From NCBI GenBank assembly GCA_035084275.1, contig CM068757.1:4774001-4838000 (forward strand): a stretch of DNA of 64,000 nt, in the 5' to 3' direction. The stretch's first letter is position 1, and each line of letters opens with the position of its first letter. Positions 38,521-52,088 of the stretch are shown here, piece after piece. The notes under the pieces are model-generated. The model saw only the letters and a program-made list of their open reading frames with translations. It had not been told where the DNA came from and made no database searches. The DNA is from Hydrolagus colliei. Its lineage: Eukaryota. A program made the translations under genes and the position numbers.

Positions 38521-40349
38521 CTATTTTTTTTAACACACGTGTTTTTCACAGTAAAGCAAGTTGATCAGGAATGGTACACATTTCCATTCCAAGTGTTTCT
38601 GGAGTTCTAATTAGACTGACTCCACAACATTGCTTTCCCTTATTGCTTCCCTCGCAGCAATTTGTTCCCCGTCCCAACAAAACAAAGATGTGTTTAAATT
38701 GGCTGCAACACTCTGCTCCGAAAGTTGGTCAGGCTGACATTAAAACGTTCAATATCGAAGATTATGATGCCTGCATTTTTGGCGTAGCTGGCACGAGTTG
38801 TTGTGTGAGTCTCGCATCCTGATCAGGAAGTGGACATTGCAAAATGTATATTGATTGCTGCTGCTCGCTGAGCAATCACAACCGGATGAGTTAAGTCATT
38901 CACTGTGGTGTAAGAGCAAAAGGTCAGAACTGAAATGTTAATGTCACTGGAACAACTATGGGCATCAGTCAGTAAACAGTATCTGAAATCATTACTCATG
39001 TCACTGCTGCTTTGCTGAATACACCACAACGTAAGCTTTCCAACATGTTTTCCAATGTTCCTATTGGCAGCAACAGAGAACCAAAGAGGCACTCAATGAA
39101 ACTGTGACTGCTCGAGTCTCTTGTGTTTAATTGATTGTACCAATGCATCCATCCATGCATCGGTTTCAAAAATACACAGACCTACTGAATTAGAAAAGCC
39201 TTCCACTTGATGAATGTCCAGGTGGTCTGCGCTGCCAAGAATCTCATCAGAGATATGTTTGCCAATTGTCCTGGCAGCATCCAGCGTTCATTTTCCTTGC
39301 CAAATGTGGATTAGGCAGGAAGTGTATGAAAGGGGAATTGACTGGCAGTTGGCTGCTAGATAAGGCATTGAGTTGCAGATCTCTTCCTCTCTGTGTTCTT
39401 TTTAATTAATGCTAATCTTGTTGCCCAGTTGACAGAGGGCATGCTCTGAAACTGCCTCTCATGTCTTAATGGTGCCAAATCCCCAAGATCAACCACGAAA
39501 AAGACACTGTATAATGTGATATACATTACACAAAGACAAAGACAGGCAGTGAACATATGGCACATGAACACCAAGGTTCAGAAATTTAGACTTCACAGGA
39601 ATACATTATAGCCCTTTAAGGATCTGTGATTATTGCGTTGGCTATTGCATTCTACTCAATGTGACAACACTGCTTGATATTACAGCCTTTTTACCAGCGG
39701 CAACAATGATAGACAAAAGGTAGAAATGGATTCCTAAGTGATTAACAAGATCAAATACAATAATATTACGATAACTACCCACATTTCATTGGGTACAGAT
39801 ATTGCAAACTCCGTTTTGGGCCCAACAAACCACTTATTTTCTTGCTTCCATTTGAAGTTTTTTTTTCAGTGATTATGGTGTTAATTCTACCGGCATCCCC
39901 CAAAATCATCTCATCCAAACATCAGTACGTGCTTTGTATGGAAATGTACATTTAGAATTCAAGGCTTGACCTTCTCATGTATCTCAGTTCACCGTTCCAT
40001 AATTCACAATCACTTGTGGAAAAATGAATCTTGCACGTATTGTCTAATATCAACGATTTCAACAGCTGTCAATACTTCCAAATTGCCTTCGATGTTAAAG
40101 TACTTCTTTAAAATTGGTTGTATCACCTCTTCTGCAAATGTATAGTGCGAATTCACGTGAATTGTAGGGAAAATGTTTTCACTGCATCTCTTGACTGACC
40201 CACTTTCAGAGTTCATTAAGGTATTGTTGCTAATTGTACGCGTGCCACTAGGTGCACCCGTGCAATGTACTATCGCTCTGCGTTGAGTCTTCGAGTATTA
40301 AAGTAATTCCAGGTCTGGCGACTTTACATTATAAAGAGAGACTCACATG

Positions 40350-40670
40350 ACTGGATTTGTTTCTGTTGGAGAAAAGATAATTGAGAAGAGACGTGATCTT
40401 GCGTTTTAAATTATGAAGGGCATGGATTGTAGATGTAACAAGTTATTTTTTTCTTTCAGTAAACTGCAGAACTGGAGGATACAGTACAAATTAACAAGCC
40501 TCAAGTGAATATAGAGATTAGAAGGGTTCCTTTCTTCTACAGAGTAATGAGAACGTGGAATAGACTCTCAGCAAAAATAGATAATGGTATGTGAAGTAAA
40601 TCCGTTGAAAAGGAGTTGGATAAACGTCTTTTTATGATGAGGATTGAAGGTTTTAAGGGAGGTGAGAGAT
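40350..40670 (+). mobile_element. Degenerate CR1 (L3) LINE 3' region
   Basis: gagacgtgatct...ttatgaagggcatggat...actggaggatacagtacaaatta...acagagtaatgagaacgtggaatagact...aaaaggagttggataaa; echoes the CR1 ORF2 end (RGDL...TRGH...RV...WN.LP). Confidence 0.65.
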
Positions 40671-41015
40671 AATCAAATACATTCAGGTTACAATGGTTCC
40701 CTTCTTTGGGGCTATGGAAATATGCCACGACTCAGGGCTGAAATAAGAAAGATTGTAAGATTGAACTGATTTTCTCTAGGTTACATTTGTGCTCAGATAA
40801 ACAATACAGAGCTTTATCTTGGAGATTTATCAATCTCCTCTCTTAGAAGTTGGAGAGAGCTGAATAGATTCCATGTTTGGTGTACAAAGTTTGATGGACT
40901 GAAAAGCTTTTTCTTAATCCAATAATAATTCTATTATATTTGACACTCAAACATTTTAGGTTGTTACCCTGTGTTAGGGGCTGATATGAATATAACTTGT
41001 TCTTGTTGTTGACAA

Positions 41016-41325
41016 GTGGAGTCCTGTAGCTCAGTGATTAGAGCACTCCCCTTATGAGCGTGAGACCTGTGTTCAAATCTATGCAGGGCGAAACGTTGGG
41101 CAAATTTCCTTACTCCACACGCCTAATAATAATCTGTAAAAAAAACAAACATAATAAATTGGTCATTTCAATCCATGACTGTTTGTGGGTCACTGCTGTG
41201 CACAATTGGTTGCCATGTTTCATCCACAAATATAGTCAATTCACTTTACAGTATATTCTGTGAAGCGCTTTGAGACGTCTAGAACACATGAAAAGCGCTA
41301 TATCAAATGCAAGTATTATTATTAG
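41016..41325 (+). mobile_element. Full-length tRNA-derived SINE (Deu-like core, L2-type tail)
   Basis: tagctcagtgattagagc (A box), gttcaaatc (B box), ctgtgcacaattggttgccatgttt core, gtgaagcgctttgagacgtct...aaagcgctatatcaaatgcaag(tat)n. Confidence 0.92.
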
Positions 41326-43829
41326 TAGTAGCAGTAGGGAGTGGAGATGGATTCGGAGTTATTAATGGCAATGATGGTGAGATGGCCATTATATTCATGT
41401 GTGAAGAAGACTCATAAATGACTACAGTATATGTGTGTGTGCCAAATATTCAAGTTACATCTTTAAATTTTTGGCTGAGTTGAGAAATGCTACTAATTAA
41501 GCCAGGCTGATGTCCTTACAAAACTGGTACACGTGCCACTGATGACTCTATTAGGTTTCCATCTTGAAATTATTACAAAATATGAATTAACAATTTGATA
41601 AATATTGTTCAAACAAAGAGAGAATATCAATTTACCCAGCCTACCTCTCTAAAGTTTGTGGGAATTAAAATTGGGCCCAAGGCAGTTGGTAAGGTGATAA
41701 CTACTGAAGTGTAACAGATGTAAAACGACTGCTTTTTTGTCAAAGGTTACTCCTGTTAAAAAAAAACACTTGGACTATAATTATGCCTTACAAATGCTGC
41801 TTATTTTGAAAAAAAAGGGAACAGTGCCAAATTGTACCTGGAACATGATTAAAATGAAACATTATCTGCAATATATTTAACATTTTAAGGAGCATTCTTT
41901 TACTAAATAGGCTTCGAGACACTAAAAATATTATTACGGCCATTTGGAAGCAAATCTTAAGCATATTTCAGTGCTGTCACTGTTGCCGGATGTCCATTAT
42001 GCTTAATAACTGGAAGGGAAAAAACTCATGGTGGTTCCTCAGTTATATCAACCGCTGCGTTGGGTTTGAATGGCAGCTTTTGTGACATTATGAAGTCTGT
42101 CAGATGGTTCATATTGGTTTTGCTGAGGAATGGGTTTCAGGTCACTTCCATTTTGTGTCAGAAGTTTGAGGGGTAGAAGAGTAGGAAGAAGAGGGTTGTC
42201 CAGGGAGGATTAACCACATTGATCAAACAGCTCTGAGGTTCCCAACATTCCTAAGAGATTCCTGCGACCCATTCAAATACCTTTCTATAGATTGACTGGC
42301 AGAGTGCAGTTACAGTTACTATAGGTGAACATTTTTTGTCATTTGTGCTACTTGGGTTCAAGTAGGAAGGAATTCCACTGGAATGACTGGAAACCTACCA
42401 CTCAGAATTTGAAATGAATAAACTACAAAACCTTCTTTGTATTAAGTGGATTTTAGCCTGGATTCCTCGAATGAAAGCTCCAGAACTTTTGTACATTTGT
42501 TCCAAATGCTACAGGTTTTATGGGGGCAGCAATTTTGCACTATCATAGTTTCACTATTGAATATATGGATGAAATCCTGCTAGAACAGCTGGAATATTGT
42601 TGCGCTTAATAGCACAATGCTACAGGCGATTATAAATCAAAGTATACTGCACTATCTTTAAACAATCTACTAATTGATTGCATAAATTATCTTTAATTAA
42701 CATTTGAAATTCATTCAGCATCCAGCTCTCATAGGAACATGTCAAACAGTTGGCAGGTTGACTTGTATTTAATTTTGGGGTAGGGTGTTAACACATAATG
42801 CACCAAATGCAAAGCAACTACAGCATCTTGATGTCAAATCTTGCTGTGCTTTGTTAATGCTTGAGTATTTTATTGCCTATTTCCATGAAGTAAATTAAAT
42901 GTGGGATTCAATACTACAAATGTACAATTACCCTTGTGTTTGAATAGTATTATCGAAATAACTTGAGGCCCTTTTCATATGTACAAATCCTACATGAATT
43001 TGGGGTTTCATTGAGATGGGTTACTCACAGGGGGAGGGTTGTTCATGGTGAGGTAAGCTGGCATCAATAATTACAAAAGATTGCAAATGAAACTGGAGGG
43101 TCCCAACTTTCTTTTAACATGTGTGTATTGTTTAACCACAGCCTTGGTCAGTACAGTATTGGGAAGTCCTCCCAATGTGAAAGGTGCTACACAACTATAA
43201 TTTTGTAGTGTATTGTACTGACCGAGTAGCGGAAAGGACTGTGAAAACCTCATCAAAGCATCAGAGTATATATTTCACAGGATTCTGTGGCATGCAATTT
43301 GCGTCCAGTAATGTCCCATAGTGAGCCATAAGTGGGAAGCTAATTTAATTTGTGGGGCTGTTGGACAGGACACCAGCAGAAACTCTTTTCCACTAGTACA
43401 TCTATACACAAAAGTGGTTACATTGAAAATAGATTAGCTGACTTTCCAAACGCTAACTGTGTGTCTCCTATCAGTTAGTGCAGAGTAGACCATAGAAAAG
43501 TGAATTCAACCCCAATGTAGTTACATTATTAGAATAATGGAATGATTAATGGTATTCATACTTTAGCAATGAAATGAATTTGATCGGCGCCATCCCTCAT
43601 AATATATTCAGTACGATTACCTTTAATGATTTTTACTATACAAAGACCACTGTGTAATTAAGAATTGTATTGTTGCTTAAATATTATTTTATTATTAATT
43701 TCATGCACATGTATTGATTGAAATGGTTTTCCACCAAATTATTTTGATTGATGAAAATCATCTGTTGTGAAGAGCAGTTTCAGTTAAAATAAGTTCTTAT
43801 GCTTTCATCTCCTTAGCATTTTGAACCTG

Positions 43830-43940
43830 CGGGTTTCACCCTCAAAATACAGTCAATTCATTTTACAGTATATTCTGTGAAGCACTTTGAGACGTCTCAA
43901 AGACGTGAAAAGGCACTGTATTACAAATGCAACGATTGTA
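43830..43940 (+). mobile_element. SINE 3' fragment
   Basis: atacagtcaattcattttacagtatattctgtgaagcactttgagacgtctcaaagacgtgaaaaggc. Confidence 0.8.
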
Positions 43941-44122
43941 ATTAAACTCTCGTATTTTTTTCTGCCGAGCTCTTCTCTTTGGTGGCAAAGTTCCTGCCTC
44001 ATAAACTGTCACAGCAGCGCATTAGAAGAACAGAATAAAATCCGAATGTGTTCCTACAAATCCCCAATTTTCCATCATTAGCTCTGCTAGTTATTTCTCA
44101 ACCTGGAAGAGCATTCCCTTGT

Positions 44123-44140
44123 AGAGAGAGAGAGAGAGAG
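44123..44140. repeat. (AG)n microsatellite
   Basis: Run of about 8-9 AG units. Confidence 0.85.
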
Positions 44141-45129
44141 GAGTGCGTGGTGGGAAGGAAAACCAACAGGTTTTTTTTTGCATAAAGCGCATTTCCTATT
44201 TAAGCTATGGAACAGTTCTAAGGACAACACAAGTTGTCTTCCGTATCTTTGTTATATTACCTCTTATCTGGTGAACAGGTGCAGCAAAACAGCATTCAAG
44301 AGAATCAATTCATTCACTTGTTCCGAGCATTCACTTGTAATCTTACCCAACATTAAGAGGATTCCTCAACAAGACAGCTACTATCATCTCTATATTGTGA
44401 ACCCATTGAAAACAATACACAAAACAGCTGTTGCCTGCATCCCTTCTTGGCTTTGCTATTGAACAGAGCACGAAGAGTAAGTGTGTTCATCTCTTTCCTC
44501 TCGGGTAGTGTTGTGCATCTGTCAGCTCATTACCCTAGGCCTAGAAAACTTGTTATGCCTCAAAGATCAACAAGTAACTGATAATGTATAGGCTTTTGGA
44601 TTTGCTTGGGCAAGTTGCAGCAGCTCCCAGAGTGAGTGTTTTATTTTCGGAGGTTCTTGCCTGAGGAATATAAATTCCATCAATTGATTAAGCAGCTGAT
44701 AAGGGAAAGCAGGGGACGAGTAATTTATTTTGTTGAGTGCTGTATTGATTGGCAATTCTGTGAGGTCCCTTGTAGCACTACCCTACAGTAAAAACATAAA
44801 CCTAATAATGATGGGATCTAGTAAATTGCGAAGCACAGCCAAACGAAATCATGCAGTGATGTTATCTGAAGTCTAGGAAGACCAGAAGGATATCAGTTTT
44901 ACATATTTACTTCGCAATCTTACTCACAGGAGGATCATTACAGATTGAATGCCACTGGTCAGCTGCATGCTGCTTTAGAGCATGGCACACTTCACCAATG
45001 AAGCAAACTGAAAAGGATAAAACAGTGATTAAGCATATCCTTGAGAATTTTCCTGTTTATCAAGAATTCAAAATATTTGCTCTATTTTTCACTTGAAATC
45101 CCCCCCAATTCTGAAATACTGTCTGTCCA

Positions 45130-45198
45130 GTTCCTCGGGACGTCCTGTGAAGTGAAAGGCGCCTTAACAAATGTAATTGTTTTGTTATTGTTGTTGTT
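45130..45198 (+). mobile_element. L2 3'-tail micro-fragment
   Basis: cgggacgtcctgtgaagtgaaaggcgccttaacaaatgtaattgttttgttattgttg. Confidence 0.7.
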
Positions 45199-45347
45199 CT
45201 TGCAACTCCCCACAAAGGATACTTCTTCAGCTACGGGGAGAGAGCCTTATTACATTGCAAAGTTCTGAATAAAAGGGGAAACCATTTAGAATTTCAATGG
45301 TTCAAATCAACCTACCAATTGAACTTTGTTGAATCCATATCCAAAGA

Positions 45348-45450
45348 TAATAATAATCATGATCCTCACATTTGATATAGACGTCTCAAGACGCTTCACA
45401 GAATATACTGTAAAGTGAATTGACTGTGTATTTTATGGGTGAAATATTGC
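45348..45450 (-). mobile_element. SINE 3' fragment
   Basis: catttgatatagacgtctcaagacgcttcacagaatatactgtaaagtgaattgactg. Confidence 0.8.
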
Positions 45451-47105
45451 TAAATAAAGATCAAGCTTTTTGCTTGATCAAGATCAAGCAAAATCCTGTG
45501 GCAATACTTCAGCGGAGATGCTCACATCATTGTGATGTGCACATCCAGTTAATTTCATCAGGTGGATCTGTTTTCTAAACCTGCATGGCTTGTGTCCAAC
45601 AATGAAGTTGTGGAAAGTGAACTGTGAACTAGCATATTGCCAAAGCATATATTGTAAAATACAGGGACTGTGTGTTTTGTGGGCGAATCTCAATACAATC
45701 AGTTAATAACAGGACAGAGTTGATCTCCGACAATTTGCGAGTGGACAATTTGCAACTGCAAGTGAAGCCAGATTCACACTGCATCGATCATGTCGATTTA
45801 ATTTGCAGACTACCTCCGGGTTTCAGGAATGGAGCTCTGAGTCAGGTCAATGCCCCCAACACTGGATTTATATTGTCATTTTAGCGTTGATTAGACGTAC
45901 AAGTTGTGTTGAATCGTTGATAAAAAGTGCTGCAAAATTATTAATCTTAAATTTTAGTACAATTTATTTACGGGGCCTAAATAGTTTTGCAGCTACAGAA
46001 TATCAAATTGTGACTCAAAAATGATATTCATTTCACTTGACCAATGTTAAATAAATAAGTGCACCCTCTTGGTTGAGACTGTCCTGTACAATTTATGTCT
46101 CCCATATGTTTGGTTAAATGTCTCGACCTTGACTTTGAATCCACACAGGAATAATTTATGACCATGCATGCTCCATATAAACTTCAGTTATTTCTTATCT
46201 GCACAGCGTTCGGTTTGGACTTTCACATAGTGGCACATGAGAGCATAGCACATGACTCACCTCAGTTGGAAAAATAAGTCACATTTGGGGCCATGCTCGC
46301 TGGTACTTTAGTATGAATATCAGACTTAATTGGTTTCCAAAGGCAATCTTGGAAGTTTCAGATATGATAGATGGACTGCCTTTATTATGTTTTATCATTC
46401 CTGACCTCCTATTTTACACAGCGTAGGAGATTAGCACATTTTCCCTAAATGTAGACCACACAGGACAAATTAAATCCCCCCAAAAGTGTCATTCTCTTTA
46501 CTGAAGGTGATGAGTACATGCATTACATTTGCTGGCAAAATTGAATTGTGATCACAAGAGTCAGTGAGGAAGGCAAATCATAAAACTGAGCCTATTTTAG
46601 CAGCAAATTTTTTATTACTTCTGCCGTTATTTGAAGCACCGATCGCACTTTGTGCTGGAATCGACTCGAGGCCATCAGTCTCAGTACTTATTTGGGGGAT
46701 GAGCAGGGGTAAACAGTCGCGAGCCAGCTGTGGAACTGTTACTGAGCCGAACCCTTAACCGATCACCATAAATGCCCCCTCTTTTTACTGCCTGTGAACC
46801 CATCACAAAGAGGGAAGGTTACAACACCAAAGACGCTGAGACGTGAGAAAAGTTTAGTGCACAAATATTAGTCGAAGCGCACTAAAATAACTGCAGGTTC
46901 AGGAATTTATATGGGGATTATGTGCAAATATAAAGCAAAGTTATTGAAGACATTATGAATTATATATGGTGTGCTAAAGTGGAAACCAAAAGTAATTAAC
47001 CCTGGGCACACAAACCGCACACAAAGATAGCAATCATAACCAGTGTCAATCACACCCTCCTACAAAACATTGTGCTAGAGAACTTTGCCAGAGCAACTGA
47101 GTAAA

Positions 47106-47183
47106 GTCAGGAGGACGTCCCAGCACCTTGGGTCGTGCTCCCGACGTGAAAGGCGCAATACAAATGTAATTTTGTTGTTATTG
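47106..47183 (+). mobile_element. L2 3'-tail micro-fragment with 5' fold-back inversion
   Basis: gtcaggaggacgtccca (47106-47122) is the inverted copy of tgggtcgtgctcccgac (47129-47145), followed by gtgaaaggcgcaatacaaatgtaattttgttgtt. Confidence 0.75.
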
Positions 47184-47679
47184 TGAGTTTTGTTTGTCAT
47201 TTTTCTTTCCGATTGGTGGTTCTAAGTATGTCTTGCATAATCAGGCAGGCAGCGTTGCCTTGGAAATAAAGAATTCTTCTTTCTGGATGCTATTTTTTGC
47301 CTTCGCTCTTTATATTACCAAGGAGATATAACCTTCCCTCTGTTGACAGCAGAGCTCCTTCACCACTTGTTGTTGATCTCGCTTTATTCTATTCTTCATG
47401 CTGAGTCCATGGCTGAATCCGAGTGTCTCATTGATTGTGTTCTGGAGCTGCACTCATAATCCATGGAGCAATATTCATTTTCCACACCAGCAGAGAGAGT
47501 AGTCTGGGGTCTACCGATTGTCTCCTCACTGCATCCAACTCTCCTGTCTCCAGCACAGGGCCAATTCATCCTGATGCAGGGTAGATCTCTCCTACCTCTA
47601 ACCCAGTGCCTGTGTCAGTTACAATATCATTATCAGCTATTGTCATTGCTTCTTCGCCTGTCTGAAACCACTGGTCAAG

Positions 47680-47770
47680 ATTACAGTATATTCTGTGAAG
47701 CACTTTGAGACATCGATAAGATGTGAAAAGCGCTGTATCAAATGCAAGGATTATTATTATTATTGTTATT
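47680..47770 (+). mobile_element. SINE 3' tail fragment
   Basis: ttacagtatattctgtgaagcactttgagac...gtgaaaagcgctgtatcaaatgcaagg(att)n. Confidence 0.8.
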
Positions 47771-49651
47771 ATATATGTGTGGGTGTTGATTCTGGGTTTC
47801 CAAAGAAGATGAACTCTCAACCCTGCAAACTTCCAGAACAGACCACGAGAACTACATCAATTTATGGAATCTGCATTGCACATTGCTGAAGAAAATGTAC
47901 CAAGCACAATTGGGATTTCTTCATCTTTCTGGGGAATTGGCAGTTTAACGATGACAAAAAGCAGGAATCGAGTAGTTTAGCAACAAAAAACGTGAAACCA
48001 GACAAGGAGACAGGTCAACCAGACAAGTGGATAAGTGAATCAGCATTCAACCCAAATGGACTGGTGAAAAATGACCCGTAGCACTTAAACTCACAATGCA
48101 GCTTAAGAAAAATGGCATTGACAATGAGTGTCGGGTAATGAAGCCAATTGTAACATTCCAACTGCTGTGATCAGCTGAATCAGTGCAAACCAGGAATCAA
48201 ACCTATGATATTCTAGTCTGTACGGCTTTGCGTTTCACTGAGAGATACAGATATACCCTTTTTTAATTTTTTTTAAATTGCGGATCAGGGTTAAGACTTT
48301 GGCATCAGCGCAAACTACTGATTCGGGGGCTCAGTCAACTGTCAGTGGACTGTTTTCATGAATTTCTTTCAGCTCAATGAAAATCAAGGGCAGGCTCAAA
48401 GTCTGAGGGATTAACATTTTGTTTTAGCCTTATTACTCATTCTCACACACACACATTCATTAGTTTATTGCTTAATTACATTTCACCTTAAATATGGGCA
48501 GAGAACATGCATACACACATACACACACATATACACACACGCGCAGAATTTTCTATTTTAATATTTCAATTAAAAAAATGGTAGAATGCTAACCTTGTCA
48601 CCTAATTGACTTTGATATAATGCTTTGATTGTCTTCCGAGGGTTACCATAATGAAAACAAATTCAAATATACCAGTGTGTCATCTTCAGCTTTAGAATTC
48701 AGCAATGCTTTCCTCATACCCAGATGGCTGATCCAAGGTTATAAAAGAGCACCATTAATATTTCTCTTTAGAACTGAGCTATATCGATAGCAGCGCACAT
48801 CAAACATTGAAAATGACAAGTGATTTACTTGTTTAGTGAGCATACAATCGTATTCAACAGCTAAGGTTTCATATGATTACAATAAAAAAATGTTTCATTT
48901 CACTAACGGTCTAGGTGTCCCATGTAGCTCTATTATCACAATGCATCAAATTGCGAAGCCAGAAAGATTCAACGTGGCAGATTTCTTACATTAAATATTT
49001 TCTTTGTTGTTAAACATACGTCCAAGTTATTTGATCAATAATAGAGATTTACAAAAGGTGAAGAGATTCAAATTGAATAATCTTCTACTTATTACATTTG
49101 TCCTGAAGTTATGACCATGAAGAATTTAATCCTGTCATGTTGCTTCCCAATGAGCAGAACAATTTCATTTGAGGACAGGGATTTTTTTTCCCTCGGAATT
49201 GTGAGGAGATACTATTGCCAAGACAAGAATAATGAAACAATAAGAAGGCTTCAGAAGCAATTACCATTACGCGGACTGAATAGATTGGTCAGTGTGTGCA
49301 GTATAATTTTTCTTGAGATGTGCAACAACTTCTTGTTAATAATAAACATAATACAACATTGGATTATTTGTGTTTCTTTCTCTCCAAATAATTAATTCTC
49401 ATTTATCTTGTTTATTTACCTTTCCACTCTGTTGATCTGAAAAAGACACATTATGGGGCTGTAGGATGGTTTGGGCATTACACAAATGGCTTTTAAAACT
49501 TGTTTTCAAGATTGTTTAAAGCACGCAGGATTTTAATGGAAGGAAACTAAAACAATGTGCTCTGGTTATCAGGTTCGGTTTAGGAGATTATCAAAAACAT
49601 TAAAAAAAACTAACCACACTATTTCCAGGAAATCAACTGTACATTAAGTCC

Positions 49652-49745
49652 TATAGATTATTGGTTGTATCATAAGCGAGAGGTTTGATTCCCGGGCAGG
49701 ATGAATCCTTAGGCAACTTTCCTTACTCCACACCCCTCTGTTTAC
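49652..49745 (+). mobile_element. SINE 5' (tRNA-head) fragment
   Basis: gcgagaggtttgattcccgggcaggatgaatccttaggcaactttccttactccacac matches the 41016 head. Confidence 0.7.
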
Positions 49746-51984
49746 CTGTTTGCAGTGATTTTGTTTCACTGTATCAGACTGAAAGTACTGTCAACTGACT
49801 GTAATACAGCAGCTCATGCATTTTACCAAGTTGGAAAAACAAAATAATTTCGGAGCAGTTAGCCATGTGTAGATTTCTCACCAACTAAACGTGTGCTTGT
49901 TGATTCTGTGCTTTATTTTTTGTGCAACAAGGGACACGTTTTCAGGTGGCAACTCAATGTGGGACAGATATTTATAGGCAGAGAAGTGTGCACCAAGCCT
50001 TGACTGCGCAAAGTTTTACCTGTGTTATTCTATGTTGATCCTTTGGACTGATAGGTTGCAATGTAGAGGCAGCTTCTAAACGTGGAGAATCTAGCTCCAG
50101 TCATATTCTTGTACAAGCTGACATGCTGCGCATCGACAGCAAATTACATTTGTATAGTGTCTTTCACGTCAGGGGGACGACCGACCCGGTTTACATGGTT
50201 TTGAATCCAGGAGAAAAATTATGCTTCCCTCCTCTGCTTCGGTTCTATTTCCCCTGCCTTTTCTTAATGTGTGTCTATAACAGAATGTATCGGGGAGGAC
50301 AAGAGTTAGAAAAAAAGTAAAGAATCAGTCACATTGTGAATTGCTGGTACTTCTGTGACAGACACAGAGAAGACTAGAAGCTTCAGCCAAAAAAACATTT
50401 TCAGTCCATTTGGCTGGCATTAATGTCCAAAATGACCTGGAATAGCTTCAGTGCCTTTACATCGACTGAATCTGTAATTTATTAATACAAAATCCTTACT
50501 GCCAACTAGTTGCACCAATGTCAAATATTATAATTGCAGTCAGAGTCTTTATCATGTTTTATACATTACCTGAGACAGCAAAGCTTTGCGACATTATGAA
50601 TGGACGAAATATCGAAGTCGTGGGAATATAACACTGTAAACCTTGATGTCTTGAAAGGGAAAAACAAAAAACAAATCCTATTTTACAGTTAGCCTGCCAG
50701 CAATCTAAAAATATTACTGCAGAAGCCCACACTTCTCCCATTCACTGGTGGCTCAGCAAATAGTGAGTTTCACAAATTGTCCGCCAAGTGAACAAACAGC
50801 ATTTTAATTTCTTGTCCTGAGCTACCCGGGCAGTTGGATTCCAATACGAATGATATGAAGGAAGAGTACGCTTAGAACGGAGAATGATCAGCTGCAATAC
50901 GTGACTGGCCAAAATGATTGGCAAGTGTCTAAGTGTCAGTTCCTATACACATGTGCTGTAAATCTGTGTCCTGCGCGTTTTTGGCGCATCAAGGAAAGTG
51001 CCACCTGAGTGAAAGCGTTAAGTTATACAAGTAACATGAACGTCAATATTAATTATCTGGTTTCTTGGGCTGGTAGACCATCTATACTTGTGGTTATTTC
51101 TATGCTGTTTGGTATAGATGTGAGATATGTACCACGCGTAGCTTTCATGCGGTGCAAACTGTATTTTCCCTTTCAGCTGCCATACATGTGATCAGGGGCA
51201 ATATTGCTGTGTTCATACTTCACATCTGGGGGTGAACCGATGTGATGTTGGAGTCTATTCAGCCCCAAATACATAACTGCAATAGAGACCGAATTGAAGT
51301 TAGGTACTTGATTCTTTGCAGCTCAGACAGGTTGTGGAGCAGAGAGTGTAAATCAGGTATCCTGCTGTGCGTGGTTCTCCTGGTTGGAGCGAAATGGCTT
51401 TGCTCACAGCATTGCAAGCAGCATCGCTATCATGGTACGCTCATGATTAAAATTCCCAATCTGTAATTCGACATTATAACAAAATCCAATTCCACCAGTT
51501 TCAGCGAGTCACGGCGCCCTCCAGACTCCTGTGCCACAAACCAGCCGGTGCTGTGTTAGCAACGAGGAATTTCTCCAATGGAACTGTGCTTTGAAAGTCA
51601 CACTTTTCTGATATTAACAATTTCACTTTGGCTGTATTCAATAAACCACAGTGCCTCTGCAGTTTTTTTTTTAAAAAAAGCCCGTGTTTCAAAAGTAAGC
51701 AATTTCTGAGTTAGAACTGAAGTTAATGAGTAATGAAGGCTTCTCAGTCACCACAGTGGAAATCCCATTATAAGAACAAAATCACTATTTTAGCAATCAG
51801 TGTATGAAATACCCCATTATGCATACATTTAACTCTTGACCCTTCTTTGAATTTTCCAGGACTATTGTGGCACAAGCATTTAATACAAATTATAGCTTTG
51901 AGATTTCAGGAAATGTTAAAAATAATAATCCTTGCATTGATATGCAGGTGTACTCAAATTAGTCATCTCATTATAAGTGAGATG

Positions 51985-52088
51985 GCAAATATACAGTTCA
52001 CTTTATAGTATATTCTGTGATGTACCCTGAGACGTTTAGAAAACGTGATCAGTTGCTATATCAAATGCAAGGATTATTATTATTATTA
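51985..52088 (+). mobile_element. SINE 3' fragment
   Basis: ttcactttatagtatattctgtga...gagacgtttagaaaacgtga...ctatatcaaatgcaagg(att)n. Confidence 0.8.

Noticed and set aside
41016-41090. tRNA gene (also 23515-23586 and 35372-35430)
   Set aside because: A and B boxes are present, but there is no full cloverleaf or terminator and the sequence runs on into a SINE body.
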